The position numbers and the translations under genes were made by a program. Below, piece by piece: positions 42,622-52,223 of a stretch of 64,000 nt of DNA; positions within the stretch are counted from its first letter, which is position 1, and every line of letters starts with the position of its first letter. Under the pieces are notes generated by a model that saw only the letters and a program-made list of their open reading frames with translations, did no database searches and had not been told where the DNA came from. Where the stretch lies: contig MNVD01000014.1 in assembly GCA_001871445.1 (NCBI GenBank), positions 28,776-92,775 of the forward strand, written 5' to 3'. This DNA is from Candidatus Magasanikbacteria bacterium CG1_02_41_34 (GTDB lineage: Bacteria; Patescibacteriota; Patescibacteriia; Magasanikbacterales; UBA922).

Positions 42622-43065
42622 CTACTCGATCAAGATTCCGCCAAATGAACATCGCTCCATGCCGAGCGGTCGTTCGAGTTGGAATCCCGTGTCTGTCTTG
42701 ACGAGGTCAGACACGTACACATGAAAAGATGGCGTACACTTCGCGACACAGACCCCTTCGCTCTCGTAGAGCTCTAGAGTGCATTGCCCCGTGGTACCGA
42801 TGCCATTCTCGAGCGCACATGTGATGGTGTCACCGATGTGCTCGTAGAGCCACGGGTAGGTCTCACAGCCCTGCGCCGCGGGGACCGTGTCAGCCGCCTT
42901 CGGGATCGACGACGTGTCGGTCGGGTAGGGGCTGTCGGCCTTGCCGGAATCGGAGGAGTACGTGTCACTCCCGGCTTGGCCCGGGCTGTTGTCTCCACAC
43001 GCGGTGAAGGGAAAGAACAGGAGAGCCGCCAGGATGGCGGCGAAGGTGGTCAGCTGCTGGATCAT
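42622..43065 (-). CDS. GC-rich putative lipoprotein (148 aa, 6 Cys).
   Basis: AAGGAG RBS 8 nt before the ATG (MIQQLTTFAAILAALLFFPFTAC). Lipobox-like FTAC. The segment is visibly GC-rich; overlapping antisense ORFs are judged artefacts. Confidence 0.45.
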   Translation of the reverse strand: MIQQLTTFAAILAALLFFPFTACGDNSPGQAGSDTYSSDSGKADSPYPTDTSSIPKAADTVPAAQGCETYPWLYEHIGDTITCALENGIGTTGQCTLELYESEGVCVAKCTPSFHVYVSDLVKTDTGFQLERPLGMERCSFGGILIE

Positions 43066-43363
43066 GGCGGTCGCTCCTTGTCCCGACTGAGTCGGGACGG
43101 AAAGGGAAGGGTTGAGTTCGGACAGACGATGACACATCATCATTTCTCGGAACCCAATCCTTCTGTAGTGGAGGACGCCTTGTTGTTCTTCTCACACACC
43201 ATTATGTGATATCCCATATCCATATATGACATATAGGTAAAGGATACGATTGAAAAAGAACGAGATATATATTTCCCTCAGAAGAGAAACATTCCTCCAA
43301 ATTGAGCATAGTATAAAAAATATGATTTGTCAATATGTCAAGGGGATAACATTCTTCACGTAA

Positions 43364-43393
43364 CACGCCGTGCCTGCCGGCAGGCTGGTAACA
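43364..43393. repeat. Left copy of a 30-bp perfect inverted repeat containing the palindrome GCCTGCCGGCAGGC.
   Basis: cacgccgtgcctgccggcaggctggtaaca; its exact reverse complement lies at 44160-44189. Confidence 0.8.
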
Positions 43394-43588
43394 AGTTTGT
43401 AGCGCACGGGTTTGGTTTGCAAAACGACAGTCTTGGGTATGCAATGCTATCCATTATATATTTTTTTACCCTGTTAATACCTCCTTGTTACATGTTATGT
43501 GATTTGTGTTTCGTGAAGTTACGTGTATATTGACATGCCAGCCTAATTCCGACATACTAGATATATCTATACACCTAACTTCACACAT

Positions 43589-44053
43589 ATGGAGGAATCA
43601 ACCACAAAAAAACTTACCCTTGACGACAAAGTGGATATTCTTATAGAAAAAGTGGATGGGAATACCAAAAACATAGACTCTCTCACAGATACCCTTTCAG
43701 AATTTATGGGCTTTGTTCGGGATAACATGGCGACAAAAGATGATATTGAAGACCTTAGGAAAGAGGTAAAAGGTGATAGTGCTACCCTCAGGACAGAATT
43801 AAAAGGCGAGATGGCTGAGATGAAGGAAGAAATTGGGGACTTGCGTTTGGAGATGCAAGCGGGCTTTCGTGGCATAGAAAAGGAGTTAATGGACATCAAA
43901 GCATCGCTCGACCGTCTTGAGAAAAAAACACAAGAAGATGATGATGCAACAGTACAAGAAATCTTCCTTCTCAAAAAACGGGTCGCCCAGGTTGAGAAAG
44001 AATTAGTACTTCTCAAAAAGGATCAAAAACATCACGTAACACATAGCACGTAA
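43589..44053 (+). CDS. Small coiled-coil protein (154 aa).
   Basis: Heptad-like K/E/L-rich sequence. The last codons are encoded by the CACGTAACA repeat array. Flanked by the 30-bp inverted-repeat pair. Confidence 0.45.
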   Translation: MEESTTKKLTLDDKVDILIEKVDGNTKNIDSLTDTLSEFMGFVRDNMATKDDIEDLRKEVKGDSATLRTELKGEMAEMKEEIGDLRLEMQAGFRGIEKELMDIKASLDRLEKKTQEDDDATVQEIFLLKKRVAQVEKELVLLKKDQKHHVTHST

Positions 44054-44159
44054 CATGTAGCATGTAACATGTCTGTAATGCGTTAGTTGAGTGGCACACA
44101 GTGGTCTTGGATATGCAATGAACCCATTGTATATTTTTTGCTCTTGTTAGCTTCGACCA

Positions 44160-44189
44160 TGTTACCAGCCTGCCGGCAGGCACGGCGTG
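44160..44189. repeat. Right copy of the 30-bp inverted repeat.
   Basis: tgttaccagcctgccggcaggcacggcgtg is the reverse complement of 43364-43393. Confidence 0.8.
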
Positions 44190-44565
44190 CTAAGTGATAT
44201 GTGTATCGTGACATAGGATTTGCTTGTACATACATGAATGGAGTAACGAACGCAAGTTCGTTTGTTAGCGGCGAGTACCTTGCTAATAGACGAACTTGCG
44301 TTCGTCACTCCTGCAGTATGGTAGGAAATATTTTGATCTTGACTATGTCGAGACAGGATGATAGCACGTAGCACGTTTGTAAGGAGAAGGTCTTCCATAT
44401 GCAATTCTACCCATTGCATATTCACCCAAACCCATAGCTCCGACCTTGCTACATGTTTCGTGTTACGTGCTATGTGCTCCATGTTCCGTGTTATAAAATC
44501 TGTCCCCATTTCCCTCTACGCAAGTCAAAATTTGTGATATACTCTGTGTATATTTATCCTGTTCC

Positions 44566-47500
44566 ATGCTTGCACGGATAACACACTACAATCGAGCCTT
44601 TTTTTCGCTATGTAAGAAACTTCTCCCGAAAGGACGTGCGAAGTTTTTTGTATTGCCGGTTGTTGGTGCGATTGCAAGTATTGGTATTTTCGTGGTCGTC
44701 GATCCTGCACATGCACAGGGGTTTTTAGAAGATATCATAAATGGCATGATGGTCTTTTTTAGCTGGGTCATGTTTATTCTTGCGCGATTGTTTATTGGTA
44801 TTACGATTTTTGCTCTCAAGTTTTTTATAGAAGTCGCATCATACAACAATTTTATTAATACGCCTACCGTCAAGATCGGTTGGTTCCTTGTGCGTGATGT
44901 AGCAAATATGTTTTTTGTGGTACTGCTTCTCGTCATTGCCTTTGGGACGATCCTAGGCCTGGAGCAATATGAATGGAAAAAGACACTGATCAAGTTGATT
45001 CTTGCGGCAGTCTTTATCAATTTTTCCAACATGATCGCACAGCTCATCATTGATGTGGCGCATGTCTTTACTATTACCTTTGTCAATGCAATATCAGCGA
45101 CAGCGGGAGGTAATATTATTCAGTTGTTCAATATCGACTCGGTGTATAAAATCACCGGGGCAGACAAGCTCGGCGTAGGGGGGGATCTTAAAATAGAGGC
45201 ATTTGCCGCTTCGGTAGCGTCATTTTTGCTGGCACTCATCATGATGACGACGATGGGCGCGTTTGCGATCGTCATGGCGGCTCGCATGGTCATTTTATGG
45301 GTACTCATCATTTTGTCTCCTCTCGCCTATATTTTTCAAGTTATTCCCCAAACACAAAAGTATGCTCAAGAGTGGTGGAGTGAATTTACCAATCATGTCA
45401 TCGTCGCGCCAGTTATGGTGTTTTTTCTCTGGCTTGCGTTTGCGACACTCAATAGCTCCGTACCACAGCTTGATTTTGGAAGTGCTGGAGCAGAAGCGAC
45501 AAGCGTTATAGGGAGTGGGGCACAAGTCGTTGACGCGCAGAAGAAATTGAGTATTTCAGATGCAACGACCTGGGAGAATCTTGCGAGCTTTATGATTGCT
45601 ACGGTCTTTCTTATTATTGGTCTGAAAACTGTGCGGAATCTCGGTGTTGTTGCTGGTGGTTTGACCTCGAGTGCAACAGGATTTGTGAAGAATGTTGCGA
45701 CTATTGCGACGGGAATTACTGCTGCTCGTGCTGTTGGTAGATATGCAAAGAAGAAGGGTGATGAAAATTTTCTTCAGCCTGTACGTGAATTTGGTGATCG
45801 TGTCAAGAAACGTGTCAATATTGCCAGAGCAAAAGTGCCGTATTTACGAAAAATTCCGTTTATTGGGAGAATGGGTCAATTGCGTCGTCAAAAATTAAAT
45901 GAGGAACTCGACCGAAATAGTAAAATGACAGATGAAAATATTATTGATACTATAAGTCGAAAGGAAAATATAGGGACGTTGGATAGAATTGGAAATAAAT
46001 TTGGGTTTGGTATTGAGTCGTGGAAGAAAAAAAGATATAAGCTCGAAGCTGAATCTGATATTATACAAGCAGAAAAAGCAGAATCAAAACGAGAGCGTAA
46101 AGCAAAAGCTGCGGCTGCTTTTGCTGATAAAGCAAATAAAGTAATCAAAGAAAATGGCGGAGAAAAACAAATTGCAGCTGAAAAAGAAAAAGCGCTAAAC
46201 ACTTTTCGAAATGCTGAGGAGAATAAAGATGAGCTTGCTGAAGTTGGAGATGACTGGGCGAATGGAAAAGTGAATGCTGACGCCATGAAAGCGCAGGCAA
46301 TACGGACTCTCCAAGAGGAAACAGAAGAAATTTTGAAAGAAGGATTTGAGGCTACTGATGATGGTAAAAAATTGGAAGCCCCTGTAGCTGCTTTGCAGAC
46401 GCATCTTCAGGGTGTTACAGAAACGTATAAAACAGAATTTCAAAAATATTTGAATGGGCTTGCCGCAAAAGATTTGGAACCAATCATAGCAGATGATTTT
46501 ACTGATAAAGACAAACAAAAAATTGCTGATGCAAGAAAGGCTGATCCAACAAAACAGGATGCTGAAATTATACAAACATTAGTGCGTAATGGACAAATTG
46601 CTGTCGATCCTGAGAGTGAAACAGGAAAAGCGCTTCGTGAAGAATTTGAACAAACGACGACTGGCAAAGGAACTATGGCTGCTATTGCTGGTGTAAACAC
46701 TAACTTAGAAGCATCCCGTACTGCGAAACAGGTCGCGCTTGACGCGTATAAGAAAGAAAACGGTTCAAAAGCAGAAGAAAAAGCATTAGCAAAGTCTGGT
46801 TTTAAAGAGAGAGTCGCTAGTGCAAAGAAAAAAGTAATAAATGAAGAAAACGTAAAACGTCGAGAACAGGCAGAAAGGGCGTTTGGCGAAACAGAACCTG
46901 CAAAGAAGCTTGTAGCAAAGTCTCAAGAAAATATTCTTCAGTTAGCAAATGATATCGCTAAAGGTAAAACAAAATTGCCTGGAAATCCAGATCTCAAAAC
47001 ACGACAAGGTATTGCCGAGCGATTGCGTATGCAGGCAAAAACTATGGGTGCTGACAGACAAGAAGCCGAGAAAAAGCGAGCAGATGCTCAAATTGCTGGT
47101 ACATTACAGAAAACTGAATTTGGCCAAGCTATGATGATGCAGCAGGATATCGCAGAGAGGGCAGAAGCTGCTTCTAAAGATACGGCAGAGATATTTAAGA
47201 ATGAAAAAATTACCAAAGAACTCAAACATACAGCAGAATTGTTAGCCCAAAAAATGAAACTCGGGGGAGGCGAAGCTGCTGCGGCGATTGATAAAGCGTT
47301 GAAAAAAAATATATATGCTCAGTCTGCCGAGCAATCTCAAATACTCGAAAAGACTAAGTTTGATAGAGGACGACAAGACACATTGCTGAAAGAAGCTGCG
47401 AATGGGCTTGCTGTTGAGAAAAAAAATAATGGAGAGGCTACTCCTACTCAGGCTTTGATTCCTTATATAAAACGAGACATCGAAGCATTGAGCGGACAAG

Positions 47501-48813
47501 AAGCCGATGCTGCAGGAGCATATGCTCAAAAGTTATTGGCTCATATTTTGTATGATGCTTCTGCTGGAAAAATGACAGGAGAACAGCACGCTGCTCTTAT
47601 GACGACTGTTATGAGTCTTGCCAAAGGTGGATATCTGGACGATGCGGTAGGATCTGTGTTGAAAAATGTTGATAAGTTAGACACGGGCGTAATAACGGAA
47701 GATTCTGATGAAGGAAAACAAACCAAAAATTTGAAGACTATTTTTAACCAGTTGGGTATTTTGCAGAAAGATGCACAAGGTGCATGGATATACAATAGGA
47801 CCAACGCAGCACGATTGCAACAGCTTGTGGTGTCTGGTGGAGACGCTGCGCTTGTGAGTGACAATAAAATGATTAGTGATATCCAGCAACAAGCACAAAG
47901 AGATGGTAGCGTAAAACTCAAAAATGATCAGAAAATTGAAGCAGCTGATTCGTACCAAGCAATGCTTGAAAAGTTAAGTGCCGCGGGTATGTTGTTATCA
48001 GGCACCGTAGATAAATTCAAAGAAAAACTTGAGGCTTCACAAGAGTTTATGCAAGAAGGGGCAAGTTATTTCAAACGAGAGGCACTCAATACCAATCATC
48101 CTGAAGTCGGTGGTCATTTTAAATATGATGATGATCTTGGCATGTACCGCATGTCGACAGTAAAGGAAGCTGATGATTTGATGGCGGCAGAACAGGCAAA
48201 GAGAAAAGGAAAATTAGCAACACAAATTCATGGATTGGGAACAATTGGTTTGGTAGATGGTCAGTTGAAAGCTATTGATCGGCAGGCCGCGACTAGTATC
48301 TTGGAAGAATTGAAGTCTTCTCAGGCAACCAGACAAATGCCACAGAGAACTGTCAATCGTATGTTGGGGTATGAGCAAAATGAAGAGATGGCAACCGATG
48401 CACAGGGAAATGTGATAGTAGGAAAGAGTGACGCGTATATAGACAAAAATCATGGAAATTTTGATAATTATATGAAGAACATTGTTCTTCCTATGCTTCT
48501 TGCCAACTCTGAATCACTCAAGTACATCGCGAGAGAAAAGGCACAACATGTGGATACCATAAGTTCTGATCGTGGTATGGCTCGAATATCTATTGCTGGT
48601 CATATAACAGGAGAAACCAATAGCGCTTTATTGAAAGACGTTATTAGGTATGCAACAGAAAACGGACGTAACTTATTGAATGATGCTGATTTAACCACGT
48701 TGCGACGAGGTGTGGAAGCATCGGAGAAAAAGGAAGCTACGTTAGATAAGAGGGGAAGGGTAAGTAAGGCTGATCAAGAAGCAGAAGAGGAACGACAATC
48801 TCGCGAGTCTTGA
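44566..48813 (+). CDS. VirB6/TrbL-like polytopic membrane protein with a roughly 1000-aa K/E/A-rich coiled-coil C-terminal extension (1415 aa).
   Basis: Signal peptide (AHA-QG), then 6-8 hydrophobic helices over the first 400 aa, then a low-complexity charged alpha-helical tail. Extended -10 TGaTATACT at 44537-44545. Confidence 0.5.
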   Translation: MLARITHYNRAFFSLCKKLLPKGRAKFFVLPVVGAIASIGIFVVVDPAHAQGFLEDIINGMMVFFSWVMFILARLFIGITIFALKFFIEVASYNNFINTPTVKIGWFLVRDVANMFFVVLLLVIAFGTILGLEQYEWKKTLIKLILAAVFINFSNMIAQLIIDVAHVFTITFVNAISATAGGNIIQLFNIDSVYKITGADKLGVGGDLKIEAFAASVASFLLALIMMTTMGAFAIVMAARMVILWVLIILSPLAYIFQVIPQTQKYAQEWWSEFTNHVIVAPVMVFFLWLAFATLNSSVPQLDFGSAGAEATSVIGSGAQVVDAQKKLSISDATTWENLASFMIATVFLIIGLKTVRNLGVVAGGLTSSATGFVKNVATIATGITAARAVGRYAKKKGDENFLQPVREFGDRVKKRVNIARAKVPYLRKIPFIGRMGQLRRQKLNEELDRNSKMTDENIIDTISRKENIGTLDRIGNKFGFGIESWKKKRYKLEAESDIIQAEKAESKRERKAKAAAAFADKANKVIKENGGEKQIAAEKEKALNTFRNAEENKDELAEVGDDWANGKVNADAMKAQAIRTLQEETEEILKEGFEATDDGKKLEAPVAALQTHLQGVTETYKTEFQKYLNGLAAKDLEPIIADDFTDKDKQKIADARKADPTKQDAEIIQTLVRNGQIAVDPESETGKALREEFEQTTTGKGTMAAIAGVNTNLEASRTAKQVALDAYKKENGSKAEEKALAKSGFKERVASAKKKVINEENVKRREQAERAFGETEPAKKLVAKSQENILQLANDIAKGKTKLPGNPDLKTRQGIAERLRMQAKTMGADRQEAEKKRADAQIAGTLQKTEFGQAMMMQQDIAERAEAASKDTAEIFKNEKITKELKHTAELLAQKMKLGGGEAAAAIDKALKKNIYAQSAEQSQILEKTKFDRGRQDTLLKEAANGLAVEKKNNGEATPTQALIPYIKRDIEALSGQEADAAGAYAQKLLAHILYDASAGKMTGEQHAALMTTVMSLAKGGYLDDAVGSVLKNVDKLDTGVITEDSDEGKQTKNLKTIFNQLGILQKDAQGAWIYNRTNAARLQQLVVSGGDAALVSDNKMISDIQQQAQRDGSVKLKNDQKIEAADSYQAMLEKLSAAGMLLSGTVDKFKEKLEASQEFMQEGASYFKREALNTNHPEVGGHFKYDDDLGMYRMSTVKEADDLMAAEQAKRKGKLATQIHGLGTIGLVDGQLKAIDRQAATSILEELKSSQATRQMPQRTVNRMLGYEQNEEMATDAQGNVIVGKSDAYIDKNHGNFDNYMKNIVLPMLLANSESLKYIAREKAQHVDTISSDRGMARISIAGHITGETNSALLKDVIRYATENGRNLLNDADLTTLRRGVEASEKKEATLDKRGRVSKADQEAEEERQSRES

Positions 48814-48856
48814 TGTCCATTGGTAACAACACTATATCATTGCAATTAGTCTTCGT

Positions 48857-50356
48857 ATGATGTTAGAAGAAAAACAATTTGAACAATTTCACACGAGTGA
48901 CTTTATAAAAAGTGTGGAGGCATTTCGTGCACTTGAACAATTTTTTGCAGGGCAAACTGTTGTTCGTTTTTCAGAAGATCCACAGTCATTCCCTGTCATG
49001 ATTCGTGATATTGCTGATATCGCAGATACCTATACAAAAGAAACGTCGGAAGCCTATCCGTTTGTCCAAGAAAAGAGTGTGCTGGAAATGTTTGATATGG
49101 ATACGGTCACCACATTTGTGAAGACATGGAATGCCTGGATTGCTTCATATACACAGATACCCGACACATCGTCAATTGAAGATCAGACGTATCGAGTGGT
49201 TTCTTCTGCCGACATGAATAATTTTGCAAAGAAGTGCGGTGTTGCTCCAGACAGTATCAATTTTTTGACTACCCAGTATGATGGCTTTTCCGATGTGGTA
49301 AAACAGAATATCTCACGTACATTTGGAGACGTTGAAAACAGTGGTGAGGATATGATAGCTCAGATAGAACTTCTTGCTGGATTTTTGAAAGTTTCTTCTA
49401 TACAAACATATTCGACAGATGAATTTAAAGCAGTACTTGCTGGAGATATTTCTACATACGAAGGACCTCGTCTTGCTGCTACGATTCGGTATATGCTCGA
49501 TAATGATGAGGGACTAGCGTTAAGTGCGATTGCGTATGAACATTTGCATGTGGTGGATATCTACAAAAAATCGACATATACTTGGGACGAAGCTTTTTAT
49601 CTGACGGCGTTGCTCCATGCACCGTTCATCCATTTCCGACGGTTGTATTGGGAATTTCAAGAATTTTGGCTGATGTTTTATTTCGTCAAGGCACAAATTG
49701 CTGGTGTTCCATTGACACATATTTTGCAAGACTATTTGTATCAAGAGACAGCGACACTCCTAGAGTATGCAGAAGAAAATATTTTTTTGATGAAGAGTCT
49801 TGATAAAAATAAGGAAATGTTGCCTCTTGGATTGGATGGAGAAGCCATTGCGCTCAGTGCTTTGTATAAGGATTACATGCTTCGATTGGGAGACAAATTC
49901 AATGATGGTTACCGAAGAGAAGAATATATCCAAGAGCATGTGGTACACGTGAAACACAAAGAATTATGGAAGCATGTTCTCAGAACAGTGTTGTATATCT
50001 ATAGCCATATAAAATCTGTAGATCTTATTGAAAAAAATAGGGGATCCGAACCGACAGAAAAAGAAATATATGACAATCAACTTCGACATCTCTTGACGTG
50101 GTGGATGGATGAAGATTTTTGGCAACTGATTGCAGACTTCTTTACAAAACCACACACGCCACCTGCTATTGTCCCCTTGCACGCAGTTATAGCACAGATT
50201 CAACAACACGAATCACTCGAAGATCCCAAAGTGCAAGATAAAGCTGTCCGATTCAACGAATTTTTGCGTGAGCAGGGTGTGTTAAAAGAGGAGCAAGATA
50301 TTGTTGTGTATAATGAACAGACAACGACATTTGAATGGAATAAAGATATTTTCTAA
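48857..50356 (+). CDS. Hypothetical cytoplasmic protein (499 aa) within the T4SS-like locus.
   Basis: Clean ORF; no NTP-binding or other motif recognised. Confidence 0.4.
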   Translation: MMLEEKQFEQFHTSDFIKSVEAFRALEQFFAGQTVVRFSEDPQSFPVMIRDIADIADTYTKETSEAYPFVQEKSVLEMFDMDTVTTFVKTWNAWIASYTQIPDTSSIEDQTYRVVSSADMNNFAKKCGVAPDSINFLTTQYDGFSDVVKQNISRTFGDVENSGEDMIAQIELLAGFLKVSSIQTYSTDEFKAVLAGDISTYEGPRLAATIRYMLDNDEGLALSAIAYEHLHVVDIYKKSTYTWDEAFYLTALLHAPFIHFRRLYWEFQEFWLMFYFVKAQIAGVPLTHILQDYLYQETATLLEYAEENIFLMKSLDKNKEMLPLGLDGEAIALSALYKDYMLRLGDKFNDGYRREEYIQEHVVHVKHKELWKHVLRTVLYIYSHIKSVDLIEKNRGSEPTEKEIYDNQLRHLLTWWMDEDFWQLIADFFTKPHTPPAIVPLHAVIAQIQQHESLEDPKVQDKAVRFNEFLREQGVLKEEQDIVVYNEQTTTFEWNKDIF

Positions 50357-50358
50357 CT

Positions 50359-51570
50359 ATGGCAGAGCCGACCGTCCTCATAAAAAAAGCCGATGGAACG
50401 AGCGAGCGAGTGCCGTTGTCTTTGCTTAGAAAAAAAACAAGCGAGAATACTACTCCACCAACCCCAAACAACCCCATACCCACAGAAGAAAAAATATCGC
50501 AACCTGCAACCAGTGATCAGAAACCAGTTTTAGACGTATCCTCAGAAAGTTCTGATGCAGCAGAACCAAAAGAATTTGTTCCACCCAACAGCGAACACCG
50601 TTCAGCACCCCAAACGCCAAATCCTGCACCCACAAAAAAACAAACATTTCTCACCGCACCACCAGACCACGACACGCCAAGACAGACAGACGTATCTTCA
50701 AAAAGCGATCTCCCCATGGAAGAATCACCACACGAACTCGCAACCACGACGCCTGTTTCTGATTACTTCACTGATCTTGCAAAAGCACATGAGTGGAACG
50801 AACGTGATCATAGATCTCCACTCGAAGAGACAATCAATCATGAAGATGTAACAAATCCTCTTTCAACGACGATGCCGTCTGCCCGGTTTGAGGATGTTAC
50901 TATGGTGACAAAAAAACTTTCATTTTCAATACCAGTAGATCTTGAAAGTCGATTGCATTCTCTGATACAGTCACGACTCAAAGATATCCGAAGTGATGAA
51001 CAAGTTATCGACTATGCGACACGTCCTACAGAACATGGTGGTCTTGCGCTCACGAGTGAACAGGCACAGGAGCTCATACAAGTAATTCAGACGTCACTCG
51101 AGACATCTCGACAAGAACATATCCCCGCACCAAGAAGAACGGTCCAACAAACACCCTCAGCACAAAAAACATCGACAATTTTCGCAGACGCACCAACAAT
51201 GTCGCCATCTTCTGTGGGAAAAGACACGTCGTTTACAGACATTCATGCTCCAGAACCACTACAAAAAATTGTCGGGCCACTCGAGGAAATAGGGCAGATC
51301 ACATTGACTGATTTTCGTCGCTATGGAAAAGATCCCGCAAAAGCTACCGCAATACTGAAAGCGAAAATAACTGTTATCCGAGATGAATCTTACCTTGAGT
51401 TTCAAAAAGTAAAAGTGGCATGGACACAAAGTCCGCTGTATGGGCAGTATCTCTCACATATCGCACAGTCGCTCTCAGAAAAAACACCGCTTGCCATCTC
51501 AGACAGCGATGATATGTCTCCTGATGATATGAAAGAAATTGCCGTGTTTAGTGCGATGTTACGCATGTAA
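50359..51570 (+). CDS. Hypothetical Pro/Thr/Ser-rich protein (403 aa).
   Basis: Start 3 nt after the upstream stop. Low-complexity N-terminal half. The stop is embedded in a CACATAACA array. Confidence 0.4.
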   Translation: MAEPTVLIKKADGTSERVPLSLLRKKTSENTTPPTPNNPIPTEEKISQPATSDQKPVLDVSSESSDAAEPKEFVPPNSEHRSAPQTPNPAPTKKQTFLTAPPDHDTPRQTDVSSKSDLPMEESPHELATTTPVSDYFTDLAKAHEWNERDHRSPLEETINHEDVTNPLSTTMPSARFEDVTMVTKKLSFSIPVDLESRLHSLIQSRLKDIRSDEQVIDYATRPTEHGGLALTSEQAQELIQVIQTSLETSRQEHIPAPRRTVQQTPSAQKTSTIFADAPTMSPSSVGKDTSFTDIHAPEPLQKIVGPLEEIGQITLTDFRRYGKDPAKATAILKAKITVIRDESYLEFQKVKVAWTQSPLYGQYLSHIAQSLSEKTPLAISDSDDMSPDDMKEIAVFSAMLRM

Positions 51571-51728
51571 CACATAACACATAACACATAACAAGAGGCT
51601 GATTATGGGATTGGGATACTATGCAATGGATAACATCGCATGATAAAGATCCATATATTCCTCAGCCAACCCTCGCATTACAAACTTGTTACGTGCTACG
51701 TGCTACGTGCTACGTGTTACGTGAGTAT

Positions 51729-52163
51729 ATGCAACAATTCGTTGTTCCACAATTTATCGATGTTGAAGACAAGATTTTTGGTCCGATTACCACGAGGCAA
51801 TTTGTTATTTTACTTGCTGCCGGCATTACTATTTTCGGAACATATAGACTTGCCGATACGACATTGTTTATTTCGATTGCGGTTCTTGTAGGTATTATTG
51901 CGATCGTCTTTTCGTTTGTCAGAGTAAATGGTCAGGTGTTTCATGTTTTTCTTCTCAATATTATTCAGACCATGAAACGTCCAGGACTTCGTATTTGGCA
52001 CAAATCATATACAGACAAAGATTTGGAATATTTTATGCACAGTGGTGATGACGATGAAATTTCTGATCATGTAATCAAAAAGGCTGTGCACAAACAACAT
52101 ATTAAAGACCTGTCGCTGGTAGTAAATACAGGGGGATATTATAGACCTGATGAACATCTGTAG
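51729..52163 (+). CDS. PrgI/VirB3-like small membrane protein of type IV secretion systems.
   Basis: MQQFVVPQFIDVEDKIFGPITTRQFVILLAAG followed by two TM helices, which matches the PrgI-family N-terminus. The ORF track start at 51621 reads through the repeat array and is rejected. Confidence 0.5.
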   Translation: MQQFVVPQFIDVEDKIFGPITTRQFVILLAAGITIFGTYRLADTTLFISIAVLVGIIAIVFSFVRVNGQVFHVFLLNIIQTMKRPGLRIWHKSYTDKDLEYFMHSGDDDEISDHVIKKAVHKQHIKDLSLVVNTGGYYRPDEHL

Positions 52164-52223
52164 ATTGGGTGACCTTTCGTTCTGTTCATGATATACTTGA
52201 CACACTGCGTGTCAACGCATTGT

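Noticed and set aside
42774-43209. Three overlapping ORFs (42774-42998 minus, 42784-43209 plus, 42965-43195 minus) rich in Arg, Pro and Gly.
   Set aside because: They all lie within or antisense to the GC-rich lipoprotein gene. High GC suppresses stop codons in every frame. They lack RBSs and have Arg/Pro/Gly-biased composition typical of antisense GC-rich artefacts.
44162-44509. 115-aa minus-strand ORF spanning the inverted-repeat / promoter-module region.
   Set aside because: It runs through non-coding repeat elements and palindromes, has no RBS, and has low-complexity composition. It is most likely spurious.
51621-51728. N-terminal extension of the PrgI-like ORF (MQWITSHDKDPYIPQPTLALQTCYVLRATCYVLREY).
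   Set aside because: This stretch is encoded by the GTTACGTG repeat array, giving the repeated peptide TCYVLRA. The conserved PrgI N-terminus begins at the internal Met at 51729.
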